Notes: generated by a model from the sequence alone, not told the origin. Numbered from the stretch's first letter, positions 8,538-19,419 are shown. The stretch: DNA of 64,000 nt from a bacterium (GCA_965202625.1 CBDBBI010000010.1:2208001-2272000), one strand, 5' to 3'. A program made the numbers and translations.

Positions 8538-9752
8538 GTGGCAATTGGCGTGAGAGGATACAATGAGCGACGAGAAGGAAAAAAAGGGTTCTCTGGGCTC
8601 TCGTCTCTTGCCTCCGACGTTGAGGAAGTCGCGGCAGACACACCGCGCCAAAAGGATCAAACGGAAAGACGCGCTGCGCAACCGCAGAGACAGAGCACCG
8701 GATCCTCCACGCATAGTTCAGCAGCACAGACGAAGCCCTCACATTCTCAACGGCCCGAGCCGGAGGAGGTGGCTTCAGGTACATCCCGAGCCCCTACCTC
8801 CGGATCTTCTGGCGCAAAGTGGTTCTGGGGTCTGGTCGGGGTTGGTGTGTTGATCTGGCTGTTCAACGCTGCTCAAGAGGACAGCAGCAGTCCGAGCCGT
8901 GGTCGCTCGTATACCCAACCCACCCCTACGCCTAGTTACACGCCGCCGGTGTCACCGGCGCAGCAACCGGGGCTCGATTTTTCGCAGCCACCTGTAGGCC
9001 AGAACAAAGTGCTGTCCGTCGCGCAAATACGATGGTGCCTTCGGGAGGAGATTCGGATTGAAGTCTTGCGACCTCTGCCGACGACGAACTCGCAGATAGA
9101 CCAGTTCAACGCCGTCGTCGCTGACTACAACAACCGATGCGGGAACTACCGTTACCGTGGAGGAACGTTGACGCGCGCACGACGAGAAGTCGAACGTGTG
9201 AGAGCGCAGATCGTTGCGAGCGTCGCGCCGGCGCAGCCTCGGCCGGTTCAGCAACAGTCACAATTAGCACTGGACGTGCAGAATGCACTGACCGCGTTGG
9301 GGTACGAACCGGGGCCTGCTGACGGCTTGTATGGCGCCAGAACCAGGTCGGCGATCCAGTCCTTCCAGCGGGACGTCGGACTCGCCGCTGACGGGCAAGT
9401 GACAGAGGCACTGCTAGAGCGCCTTCGGCTAGAGGTTGTCTCGCGTCGATCACGAGGCACATCGGCGACCACTGGCGGTGTCACGCCACCGAGTACGGCC
9501 ACACGCTCGAAGGGCGAGCCAAACGCGTACTTTACTAGGAACTCACACCAGGACGACGTACTTCGATTGCAGGGGACACCATCGGATATCACGCGCTACG
9601 ATGCCTTGGGATACGAGACGTGGTATTTCGGCCGCAGCACGGTGAACATCGATTCTCGTACGCGGCGGGTGCTCGAGTGGGACAACAAACCAGGCAGTCA
9701 GGTTACCTCGTCTACGGCGTTTACACGGAACTCGCACGCGGACGAAGACTAA
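8538..9752 (+). CDS. Single-pass membrane protein with a peptidoglycan-binding domain and a truncated C-terminal repeat
   Basis: TM WFWGLVGVGVLIWLF; PG_binding_1 pattern VQNALTALGYEPGPADGLYGARTRSAIQSFQRDVGLAADGQV; repeat FTRNSHQDDV / FTRNSHADED*. Confidence 0.85.
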   Translation: MAIGVRGYNERREGKKGFSGLSSLASDVEEVAADTPRQKDQTERRAAQPQRQSTGSSTHSSAAQTKPSHSQRPEPEEVASGTSRAPTSGSSGAKWFWGLVGVGVLIWLFNAAQEDSSSPSRGRSYTQPTPTPSYTPPVSPAQQPGLDFSQPPVGQNKVLSVAQIRWCLREEIRIEVLRPLPTTNSQIDQFNAVVADYNNRCGNYRYRGGTLTRARREVERVRAQIVASVAPAQPRPVQQQSQLALDVQNALTALGYEPGPADGLYGARTRSAIQSFQRDVGLAADGQVTEALLERLRLEVVSRRSRGTSATTGGVTPPSTATRSKGEPNAYFTRNSHQDDVLRLQGTPSDITRYDALGYETWYFGRSTVNIDSRTRRVLEWDNKPGSQVTSSTAFTRNSHADED

Positions 9753-9829
9753 ACGCGCGAGAGGATGGCGTTCGAATTAGACGCGATCTGGACACGGTAC
9801 CTTTTTAACTTATTGAAAAATAAGGAAAC

Positions 9830-9860
9830 ACCGGGGGTTCGAATCCCTCCCTCTCCGCCA
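9830..9860 (+). repeat. attR-like 31-bp direct repeat of the tRNA-Ser 3' end
   Basis: Identical to 2090-2120; no D-arm or anticodon arm upstream. Confidence 0.95.
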
Positions 9861-10278
9861 TTCGGATTTCAGGAAGCGAAGATCTGCTGGAGCGGCTCTC
9901 CCGTTGGATCCTTTCCGTGCGCGGTTGCGCGCGCCCTTCCCCCTTGGGGAAGGATTTTCCGCTTTTCATTCAAGCAGAAGCGTCTCACCGCCCGGGGGTC
10001 GTTCGACAGATCTAAGGATAAGAATTTCAGGGTTGCCCATGTGCGCCCGATGCACATCTCATATTGCTCCCTCCCAGAATGAAATGAAATCCCAGAAGCA
10101 TTCGAGAAATAAATCAGAAATTCAGAATTAACGCTTGCGAAACGAACAATATATGTATCGCCCATATCATGGATGTAGTCATGGGGTGGCGGCGTTTACT
10201 TTGTTTGAATCTTCATCTGTATTGGCCCACTAATTCCCCTAAAACCGAGATACTCGTTTTAACGAAGGAGATGGCCCA

Positions 10279-11451
10279 ATGAAGGAAAATTTGTCTCATG
10301 ACAGGCGGTTCAGGCGCCGTGATTTTCTGAAAATGGGAGCAAGCGCGGCTGGCGCGGGGTTGTTGCCACTCCTGAAATATTTGCCCGCGGAGGCCGCCAC
10401 GGGCCGCGGCATGCTCGTGGTCGTCATTGGCAACGGCCCCAACGGCATGGACATTCACAGAAAAGGAACAAATCGCCCAAGCTATCAAGTTGCCGTGAAC
10501 CTCTATGATCGTTTGGTTACCTATGGAAGAAAGAAACTCACAGACGGGAACGTCATGTACGATTATCAGAAGATTGAACCGGAGCTGGCTGAATCCTGGG
10601 CGTTCGCCCCGGACGGCATGGCCGTCACCTTCAAGATTCGCCAGGATGCCAAGTTCCACGACGGAAAACCCGTCACCGCTCATGACGTGAAATGGTCTTT
10701 CGACCGGGCGGTTTTCCAGCCGTCCAGATGAAGGCAGGTTCGCTTGTTCGCCCCGATCAGTTCATCGTCGTTGATGACTATACTTTCAAGATCAAATTTA
10801 TCCGCAAGAGCAAGCTCACATTGCCCGACCTCGGCGTTCCCGTTCCCATCATTATGAACTCGGTGGTCGCCAAAGCAAAAGCTACAAAGAGCGACCCGTG
10901 GGCGACGGAATACTTGCACAGGAACCCGCAGGGAAGCGGCGCATTCAAGTTGCAGCAATGGAAACCCAGACAGCATACAGTTTGCATTCGCAACGATGCC
11001 TGGAAATCGGGCCCCCTGCCTGGCGTGAAGCGGGTGATCATTCGGGAAGTGGCGTCGGCCTCCACGCGTCGCGCCCTGTTGTTGCGAGGAGATGCCGATG
11101 TGTCTCTTGATCTCCCGCCGAAGGACACCAAGGAACTTACGAACAACAAAAAGATCAAGATCGCTGGTGTTCCCCTGGGCCTATCAGCCGAAGCGCCTTT
11201 TCAACTCGATGAACTACAACACCCCGATGCTGAACAAACTTGTGGACGAAACCCTGCACATGCCGGTGGGCAGCCCCGGCTATGCGGAGCGCGTCAAAGC
11301 TTTCATCAAAATCGCTTTCGAGGAAGTGCCCCTCATTCCGCTCTGGCAACCTTATCTGGATGTCGCGATGCAAAAGAACATAGAGGGGTACGAATATTGG
11401 TTTCACCGTCAGCTTGACGTGAGGTCGTTCACGAAATTGCGTAGAGCCTAG
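10279..11451 (+). pseudogene. Peptide/nickel ABC transporter substrate-binding protein (family 5, Tat signal), disrupted
   Basis: RRRDFLK Tat motif and FHDGKPVTAHDVKWSF; split over three frames; jumps from IAGVP to a C-terminal segment near 11175, implying a large internal deletion. Confidence 0.85.
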
Positions 11452-11500
11452 AGGTTTGGGGCAAGTACGTCGCAACATGAGACAGCGCGTCTCTTGAAGG

Positions 11501-13228
11501 GTGGACTATGAGATGAGAGGCAATCCTTTGCTCCTGATCGGCCGGTGCTTCCTCCAGGCGGCACCGGTCGTGATGGGCATTATCTTGGTGACGTTCATTC
11601 TGACGCGCGCTTTGCCTGGCGATCCTGCGGTATTCTTCGCTGGTCCCGCGGCGGATGAGAAATCCATCGCCGACATACGCGCCTCGCTCGGATTCGACAA
11701 GAGTTGGCCCGAGCAGTTTTGGCTCTACCTGCAGGGTTTGTCGTGTGGAGACTTGGGTAAATCCATCAGCACGGGTCAGCCGGTTCTGGAGGAACTCGCC
11801 ACGCGGTTGCCAGCTTCCTTGGAACTTACGCTCACGAGCCTATTGCTAGCCATCGCCATACCTCTGGGGGTGCTGGCGGCCACGCGGCCCAACTCATTTG
11901 TCGATCATCTCTGCCGGCTCGTCGTTACCATCGGTGTTTCGCTGCCCACTTTCTTTACCGGCCTGTTTCTAGTCTATGTCTTCTATTTTCTTCTGGGGTT
12001 CTCGCCCGCCCCTATCGGACGACTCAGCATCATTCATCTCGCTCCCGAGCATCTCACAGGCTTCTACCTCGTTGACAGCCTCATCGCGGGTGATTTCGAG
12101 GTCTTTCGCGCCGCGCTTTCGCAGATGATTCTTCCCGCCTCGACGTTGGCTATTTTCGCTTTGGCTCCGATTACACGCATGACGCGGGCCCGCGATGCTG
12201 GGGGTTTTATCGAGCGACTTCGTACGCACGGCGCGCGCGAGCGGCTTGTCGCGCCGTTCCATCCTCTGGATATACGCCTTTCAGAACGCCATCCTTCCCG
12301 GCCTCACTACGTTGGGAATGGTATTCTCTTTTTTGCTTGGAGCGAACGTTTTGGTGGAACAGGTCTTCGCTTGGCCCGGAATCGGCTCCTTCGCCATTGA
12401 GGCGCTTATCACTTCGGACTACGCTGTGGTGCAGGGCTTTGTTCTGACGATGGCGTTGATGTACTTGCTCCTCAACCTGGCGATTGACGTCCTCTATACA
12501 GCCATCGACCCGCGCGCCAGCGACATCGCCAACGCTCTAAAGCCGCCCTCGTGGGTTCATTTGTTCGGCACGGACAACCTGGGACGAGACGTTTTCAGTC
12601 GCGTCATTACGGCCACGCGGCTCGACTTGGCGATATCCGTGGCGGCTGTTTCGCTTTCTTTTGTCGCGGGAAGCGTTGCCGGTGCTTGCGCGGGTTACTT
12701 CGGCGGCGCAACGGGCAAGCTCATCGGTCGGCTCACCGACACCATCATGGCGTTTCCCCTGTTTGTGCTGGCCATGGGCATTGTATCCGCCCTGGGGAAT
12801 ACAATTGAAAACATCGTCTATACGACAGCCGTCATCAACTTTCCCTTCTACGCCCGCGTGGCGCGGGCTGAGACGAGCTCGCGCGCGAGGCGGGCTTCGT
12901 GGAGGCGGCGCGCCTCTCGGGGAAATGGACACGAACGGGTTCTTTTCTTCCACATGTGGCCCAACATCATGCCGCCGATGATGGTGCAGATATCGCTGAA
13001 TATGGGTTACGCGATACTGAACGCCGCGGGTCTTTCTTCATCGGCCTCGGCGTCCGGCCCCCGACCCCTGAGTGGGGGATCATGGTGGCCGAGGGGGCCA
13101 AGTTCATCGTCTCGGGCGAGTGGTGGCTCGCCATCTTTCCCGGAGCCGCTCTGATGCTCGCCGTGTTGTGCTTCAACCTTCTGGGCGATGGTCTCCGAGA
13201 CCTGAGCGGCCCGAGAATGCGAGCCTGA
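11501..13228 (+). pseudogene. DppB/DppC-type permeases, frameshifted and fused by deletion
   Basis: PGDPA, FAWPGIG, IDPR joined directly to ASDIANALKPPS..HLFGTDNLGRD; several frameshifts. Confidence 0.85.
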
Positions 13229-14610
13229 TGGAGTCCCCCATTCCTCTCTTGGTCGTCAACGACCTCTCGCTTGAGTTCCGCACGCGCACCGGCATTGTCA
13301 AGGCACTGGAAAACGTGAGCTTCGAGGTTGAAAAAGGGCAGACGGTTGGCGTGGTTGGCGAGAGCGGATCGGGCAAGTCCGTTATGTCTTACGCCATTAT
13401 GGATATCTCCGATCCGGCGGCGAAAATCACCTCGGGTCAGGTTGTTTTTGGAGGCGTTTCTTTGCTTGGGAAATCCGGAAGCGAACTGGAAGAGATGCGA
13501 GGACGCGAGATAGCGATGATCTTTCAGAGTCCAAGAACGGCGCTGAACCCCATCTGAACCATTGGCAGACAACTCGAGGACGTCATTTATCGCCATAGCA
13601 GCTTTCGCGGCTGACAGATTCGTGTGCGCGCGATCGACCTGCTCAACCAGGTGTGCATCCCTGATCCGGAAAAACGCTATAATGCTTATCCATCTGAGAT
13701 TTCTGGTGGTATGTGTCAGCGCGTGATGATAGCGATCGCAATCTCTTCGGACCCTTGGCTCCTCATTGCGGACGAACCTGTAACCGGTCTGGACGTCACG
13801 ACCCAGGCGTTGATCATGGACCTTGTCAGTGACGCCGCGCGTGAACGCAACATGGCCACCATTCTCGCACTCGATGGACACGTCGTCGAGGTTGCCGATA
13901 CCGAGCGCCTGTTCATGCGCCCAAGGCATCCCTACACGGCGAAACTGATTCGCGCCACGCCGAACACAAACGGAGACATGACGGAGCTTTCCTCAAAAAA
14001 TTTCCTATCAGCCAAGGCGGGGCGCTTCGCAGGGCTTGGAGCGCTTTGCGGGGAATGGGGACGCAAAGGGAAGGCGAGACGGACTATCTCCACGCCGTGG
14101 ACGAAGTGTCCTTTTCAATCAAAGCAGGGGAGAGCGTCGGCCTCGTCGGCGAGTCAGGTTGCGGGAAATCTACACTCGCCCGTTTAATCGCCCGCCTGCA
14201 AGATCCCACGTCGGGCGATATTGTTTTTGAGGGGAGAAACATAGGGAGGATTCCGTCGACTCTTCTGCCAACGGGTTCTGGTGATGTACCTCGGCAAGAT
14301 CGTAGAGGCTGGCCCTACAGGGGAAATTTTGCGCCGCCCGCGTCACCCTTATACACAAGCGCTCCTCTCCGCTATACCTGTTGTTGACGCGACCGAGCAC
14401 ACCAAACGGGTCCGACTGACCGGCGAGGCGATGAGTCCCATCAATCCTTCCCCGCGCATCTGTCGGTTTTATAGCCGTTGCCCGCAGAGGGAGGAGAAAT
14501 GTAAAAAAGAGATGCCCACGCTCATGTCCTATTCTCACGGAATCGAGGCCGCCTGCCACTTTCCATTGGAGAGAAGGGAGAGTGCCGGAATACCGGCGGC
14601 CACTTCGTGA
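13228..14610 (+). pseudogene. DppD/DppF-type ABC ATPases, disrupted
   Basis: GESGSGKS and GESGCGKS Walker A motifs, SGGMCQR, ADEP; in-frame TGAs at 13555 and 13612; missing ITHD switch segment; C-terminal CRFYSRCP..C..ACH. Confidence 0.85.
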
Positions 14611-14735
14611 GTGGCGGCTCAGTGAAACCAAGGTTGGGGTCTGGCAGCTTGCGCTCGAAAAATGCATTGCGAAGGAGGTGGTGCGGGAACATGGCACCGC
14701 GCGTCTTTTGATCTGAAACCCTCGGAGGAGGCGCC

Positions 14736-15707
14736 TTATTTGCGGATGGTGCCAAAACTGAAGCCCGTGATGAGATGCTTTTGAATCAAGACGCCGAGAA
14801 TGACCACAGGGATGGTGATCACGGTGCCGATCGCCGCTTGGGGGCCGTAGAGTCTGCCCTCCACGGCGCTTTGGAACTTATTGAGTAGGATGGGGAGGGT
14901 GATTACGTTCGGCTGGGTCAGTGTCAGCGCGAGCAGAAATTCGCTCCAGTTCAGAATGAAGATGAAAAGAAAAGTCACCACCATGCCTGGAGCAACTAGG
15001 GGGATGACCACGCGGCGCAGCGTGTAGATTCGGCTCGCGCCCATAATTTGAGCGGCGTGTTCGATGGTATAGGGGACCTCCTCAATGAAGTTCAGCATCA
15101 TCCAGATGACAAACGGCAACGTGGTTGCCGTGTAGAGGAGCCCGAGGCCGATGTAGGTGTCGATCAGGCTGATTCGGAATCCGAGAATCGCCTGGGATGA
15201 GAACGGAATCAGAATGGCGTAGTACATCACGATGGGGATCGCGATAACGATGGGCGGCACCATCCGGATGGTCAGAATCATGTAGCGGAAATACTTTCCG
15301 CCGACGTTGAACCTCGATATCGAATAGGCCAGAAACGTCCCCAGCAGAAGCGCGGCCAAGGCGCTGAGAGAGGCGATAAGCATCGAATCTCTCACCGCTC
15401 CCCAGATGGCGTAGGCCTGTTCGGTGGCTTCCCGGCTGAGGCTTTCGCCGTGCCCGGCCAGAGTGAAAATTTGTTGGTAGTTCAGAAGAGTGGGTTCGTA
15501 CCCCCCGCCGAGGAAGGTCGGAAACCAGTTCGGCGGCCAGGCGACCCAATCGCCCGAATCCTTGAAGGAAGTCGATATCATCCAGAAGATCGGAAACATA
15601 ACAATCATGGCCCAGCCCAGCAGCATGGCGTGGCGGAACCAAACGAAAAGGTTGTGCCGTTTGGCGAAAGAGATATCTGATCGGTCGGAGCGGGCATCGT
15701 TCATCAT
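14736..15707 (-). CDS. Carbohydrate ABC transporter permease (MalG-type)
   Basis: FPIFWMISTSFK, EAA-like loop IEHAAQIMGA, FILNWSEFL; ATGA overlap with the upstream permease. Confidence 0.92.
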   Translation of the reverse strand: MMNDARSDRSDISFAKRHNLFVWFRHAMLLGWAMIVMFPIFWMISTSFKDSGDWVAWPPNWFPTFLGGGYEPTLLNYQQIFTLAGHGESLSREATEQAYAIWGAVRDSMLIASLSALAALLLGTFLAYSISRFNVGGKYFRYMILTIRMVPPIVIAIPIVMYYAILIPFSSQAILGFRISLIDTYIGLGLLYTATTLPFVIWMMLNFIEEVPYTIEHAAQIMGASRIYTLRRVVIPLVAPGMVVTFLFIFILNWSEFLLALTLTQPNVITLPILLNKFQSAVEGRLYGPQAAIGTVITIPVVILGVLIQKHLITGFSFGTIRK

Positions 15708-16654
15708 CTTAGTCGTTCCTCTTCGACGATGGAGCGCTCCCGGACGAGCAAATGAATTCCATAGAAGATGAGTGCTCCAAACATGAAGAGCAGCAGGACC
15801 GAGGCGGCGGCGCCGAAGCTGTATTTGTTGAACTGCCACACCTGACGCCAGAGGAAGAACGCGATGGTTTCAGTCGAAGTCCCCGGGCCGCCGAAGGTGA
15901 GCAGCACGGAGAGGTCAAAAAGTTTAAGCGCTTCCATCGATCGGATGATGACGGCGATCGTGATCGCAGGCTTGAGTAGCGGCAGATGGATTTGCCAGAA
16001 TATCTGCCATCGGTTCGCCCCCAGAACACGAGCGGCGTTGGTGAGCTGCTGGGGAAGGGCGGTGAAGCCGGAGAGGAAAATCAGGAACGTCAGCGATGTC
16101 CACTGCCACACGTCGGCGAGGATGATCGCCCACTGGGCGGCGATGGGGTGAGAGAGCCAGCGGATGCGGGGGTTGATTCCCAAAGTCTCCGTGATCGGGG
16201 ATAGAATCTGGTTAAGGGGCCCTGAGTCGATATAGATCATCGAGAAATTATAGCCCCCGACGACTGGCACCACCATCATGGGGATCAGAAAAATGGTGAT
16301 GTAAAATCGCCTGCCCCGAAACTGCTTGTAGGCCAGCATGGCGAGAAGGAAGCCCAGGAGCAATTCAAGGATGACCGCCGTTCCGGCGAAATAGAACGTC
16401 CGTCCGAGTGCCCACCAGAAATCCTCGTTGGTGAGGACGCGAACGTAGTTCAGAAGGCCGTGAAAATAAGCCATCTCGAAGGGGCGGTTGGCGCGCCATT
16501 TGAGGAGGCTGATGTAAATCGTGAGTAGGAAGGGAATGGCGAGAAGCAGGAGGAAAATAGCCTCCACCATGACGAACGGAATCAGGCGGAACACCCTTTC
16601 CTGTCCCAGCCAGGCGGAGAAGCTTCGGCGTTCTGTTGTTGGGGCTTGGTTCAT
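15704..16654 (-). CDS. Carbohydrate ABC transporter permease (MalF-type)
   Basis: DVWQWT, AARVLGA, LTFGGPGTSTET. Confidence 0.92.
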   Translation of the reverse strand: MNQAPTTERRSFSAWLGQERVFRLIPFVMVEAIFLLLLAIPFLLTIYISLLKWRANRPFEMAYFHGLLNYVRVLTNEDFWWALGRTFYFAGTAVILELLLGFLLAMLAYKQFRGRRFYITIFLIPMMVVPVVGGYNFSMIYIDSGPLNQILSPITETLGINPRIRWLSHPIAAQWAIILADVWQWTSLTFLIFLSGFTALPQQLTNAARVLGANRWQIFWQIHLPLLKPAITIAVIIRSMEALKLFDLSVLLTFGGPGTSTETIAFFLWRQVWQFNKYSFGAAASVLLLFMFGALIFYGIHLLVRERSIVEEERLR

Positions 16655-16738
16655 TTTTTCATCTTTTATTGTGTATCGCGCAGGACGCCTGCCCCGGTCT
16701 TTGTTGCGCGCCGGAGCAGGCGCCCTTAGGCGCCGTGC

Positions 16739-18208
16739 TTAATTCGTCGGCGCGAACTTGTCGATATAGGCGCCGCTGGCGACGCTCTTCCTCCAAGCGT
16801 CGATCTGCTCTGCCCGACCGATGTCTTCGGTGACGCGGTTCCAGCCTTTCTCTATGTTCTTCGCTGCCTGTTCTGCGGATATGTTGCCTTGCATAACCTG
16901 GGCCAGGTTTTTGTCGAGCACGTTGAAATACTCGTAGTTGCCCTCGATCATGAGAAGAGAGATGGCGTTTTTCGCGTTCTTCATCGTCATCTTGACGAAA
17001 GGCTCGGTGTGTTTGGCGAGCACCGCCTTGTTCGTCAGGTTTGAGGCGCGCATCGGGTCCCAGAAGCCCTTGGGATCGGCGATGGCTTCATCGCCCTTGG
17101 TCGGGCCCGTGAACCACTGGATGAAGTAATAGGCGAGCTCGGGGTGCTTGCCATGCGCATTCACCATGTAGCCGGTGCCGGCCGCCTGGGGAGCGCGCTG
17201 GGCCAGCTTGCCGTTCACTTGGACAGCAGGAACCGGGCAGGCGAGTTGGTTCCCGCTGATCTTGCTCTTCGGGCTGCGGTTGGCGTAGCCCATCGCCGAG
17301 GGGAAGGACATGAAGGAGAAGGCCTGTCCGCTTCCCCAGTGGGGGTAGAGCTGCGGCGTTCCCCAACCCTGCACGTCAGGAGGCATATACTTGACGATGG
17401 AGGAGAATTCCTTGATGGCCCGGACGCCGTTCGGAGTGTTGATGGTGGGGTTCATGTCCCTGTCGAAAAGCAATCCGCCCATATAAGCCGGAAAGTGCCG
17501 GTAGGAGAAATTGATGCTCCGGTAGGCCTGGGCACCGTAGAGCGGCTGGTCGAACTTTTTGCCCCAGCGCGTCTCACCCTTTTTCGTGTGGAAGAACTTG
17601 GCCATCTGTTCCCATTCGGCCATCGTATCGGGGCAGCCCGGCTCTTTGCCGAATTTGGTTTTGTATTCGGCCGCTCCCAGTTTCATGATGTCGGAGCGCA
17701 GGAACAAGGCGAGGTGGTCGCCGTCCAGAATGAACCAGTAGTGTTTTCCCTTGTAGGTTTGCTGCGCCAGAAGACCGGGGTCGATGCCCGTGAAGTCAGG
17801 CTTTCCCTTCGCCATGAAGGCGTCAAGCGGCTGAAGAACGCCGGCGCCCACGGCGTCCGGTATGACGTAGGGGAAGTGGTTGATGATGTCGTACTGCCCC
17901 GTCTTCGCTATGGCTTCCGCCATGATTTTGGCCGGAATGTCCGTGTAGCCATACTGGATGGTGTTGATCTTGACGCCGGTGAGTTCCTCCCATTCTCTGA
18001 GGTATTTCGGCTGAGAGTTTTTGAAGAGCGAAATCAGAAGCATGGTCTGGGTCGGATTCTTCAGATTGTGCTTCTTGACGTACGCCTTCGCCCCATTGAT
18101 GGCCCGCTCCTCCACCGTCGCGCCAGGCAAGGCCTGAGCGATGGCCCCTGAGGCCATAAATCCCGTGAGGCCCATCAGTATCAGCGCTGAGAAAATGATT
18201 CTCTTCAT
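16739..18208 (-). CDS. Carbohydrate ABC transporter substrate-binding protein
   Basis: GGAGGAGG RBS, signal peptide MKRIIFSALIL..AIA, SBP family 1-like pattern WEELTGVKIN; operon context. Confidence 0.88.
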   Translation of the reverse strand: MKRIIFSALILMGLTGFMASGAIAQALPGATVEERAINGAKAYVKKHNLKNPTQTMLLISLFKNSQPKYLREWEELTGVKINTIQYGYTDIPAKIMAEAIAKTGQYDIINHFPYVIPDAVGAGVLQPLDAFMAKGKPDFTGIDPGLLAQQTYKGKHYWFILDGDHLALFLRSDIMKLGAAEYKTKFGKEPGCPDTMAEWEQMAKFFHTKKGETRWGKKFDQPLYGAQAYRSINFSYRHFPAYMGGLLFDRDMNPTINTPNGVRAIKEFSSIVKYMPPDVQGWGTPQLYPHWGSGQAFSFMSFPSAMGYANRSPKSKISGNQLACPVPAVQVNGKLAQRAPQAAGTGYMVNAHGKHPELAYYFIQWFTGPTKGDEAIADPKGFWDPMRASNLTNKAVLAKHTEPFVKMTMKNAKNAISLLMIEGNYEYFNVLDKNLAQVMQGNISAEQAAKNIEKGWNRVTEDIGRAEQIDAWRKSVASGAYIDKFAPTN

Positions 18209-18345
18209 CTTGATTCCTCCTCCCTTCGCGTTAGAAATGGCGATAGCACGCTTCCAAATCGCCGAGGTCGAACACAAAACCTCCGAGGCTGCTCCCAGCT
18301 CCCAAACCTTCGTTTTTCCTTTCATGGGTGCCTCGCAGACTTAAT

Positions 18346-19419
18346 TTACAGCCGCAACCCGCTGTCGGCATCGAAAAAATGCATTCCGCTGGACTGAAAA
18401 CCAAAATGGATTTTCTCGCCCGGGGTGAATTCGCGCTCGGCGTCCACCTTGGCCACGAGGAATTCTTCGCTGCCGCAGGAGAAGAATATGAGCGTTTCGT
18501 CTCCCATCGGCTCGATGAGTCTGACCTCGCCGTGCGCGCCCTCCTCCCCGATGGTCACATTCTCCGCGCGCGCCCCAAGGTGGATCGGCTGATTGCCGAC
18601 AGATGCGGGTACGATGTCCGGATCGATGCTTGTCTCGAAATGCGCGGACGCGAACCTCAACGAACCATCCTTCTCGCCAATGCGTCCCGAAATGATGTTC
18701 ATCGCTGGTTGACCAAAGAACGTGGCGACGAACTGATTTTTAGGCTTTCTGTATATTCCGAGCGGCGTGTCGATTTGCTGCACGTGCCCGCCTTCCATGA
18801 CCATGATGCGGTCCGCCATCGTCATGGCTTCGGCCTGATCATGGGTGACGTAGACGAAGGTAGATTTCAACTCCTCGTGGAGGCGCTTGAGTTCTGTGCG
18901 CATTTCGATGCGCAGTTTGGCGTCCAGACTGGAGAGCGGCTCGTCCATGAGCAACACTTCCGGCTCGGTTACAATCGTTCGCGCCAGGGCGATTCGCTGC
19001 GCCTCGCCTCCGGAGCATTGGGCGGGTTTTTTGGAAAGCAGGTGGGATATTTTCATGGTTGTGGCGACCTTTGAAACCCGCTCTCTTAGCTCCGCTTCGG
19101 CAACCTTGTCCACGCGCAAACCAAAAGCGATGTTTTCAAAAACGCTCATGTGGGGAAACAGGGCGAGGTCTTGAAACACCATGCCCAAGCCGCGGTCCCC
19201 CGGATCGAGGTGATTCACCACGCGATCGCCGATCAGCATTGTGCCGCTCGTGGGCTCCTCGAAACCGGAGATCATGTTGAGCGTGGTGGTTTTTCCGCAG
19301 CCCGAAGGTCCGACCACCACCATGAACTCCCCGTCAATGACATCAAGGTCGACTCCCGCGACTGCGGTGACGTTTTCCCCGAATTTCTTGATCAGACTTT
19401 TGAGCGTAATGGACGCCAC
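18346..19419 (-). CDS. Sugar ABC transporter ATP-binding protein (MalK/UgpC-type)
   Basis: GPSGCGKTT, SGGEAQR, MDEPLSSLD, YVTHDQAEA, C-terminal TOBE-like region. Confidence 0.95.
   Translation of the reverse strand: MASITLKSLIKKFGENVTAVAGVDLDVIDGEFMVVVGPSGCGKTTTLNMISGFEEPTSGTMLIGDRVVNHLDPGDRGLGMVFQDLALFPHMSVFENIAFGLRVDKVAEAELRERVSKVATTMKISHLLSKKPAQCSGGEAQRIALARTIVTEPEVLLMDEPLSSLDAKLRIEMRTELKRLHEELKSTFVYVTHDQAEAMTMADRIMVMEGGHVQQIDTPLGIYRKPKNQFVATFFGQPAMNIISGRIGEKDGSLRFASAHFETSIDPDIVPASVGNQPIHLGARAENVTIGEEGAHGEVRLIEPMGDETLIFFSCGSEEFLVAKVDAEREFTPGEKIHFGFQSSGMHFFDADSGLRL

Larger units (their letters stand above)
2090..9860. mobile_element. tRNA-Ser-integrated genomic island (no integrase visible; likely degenerate)
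   Basis: Bounded by the 31-bp tRNA 3'-end duplication; accessory cargo; truncated genes at both ends. Confidence 0.88.

Noticed and set aside
9830-9860. Second tRNA gene
   Set aside because: Only the T-arm and 3' acceptor strand are present; it is an att repeat
13555-13614. TGA recoding (Sec/Trp/Gly) in dppD
   Set aside because: The first TGA sits where Arg (CGA) is expected, the gene has other lesions, and TGA terminates many intact genes here
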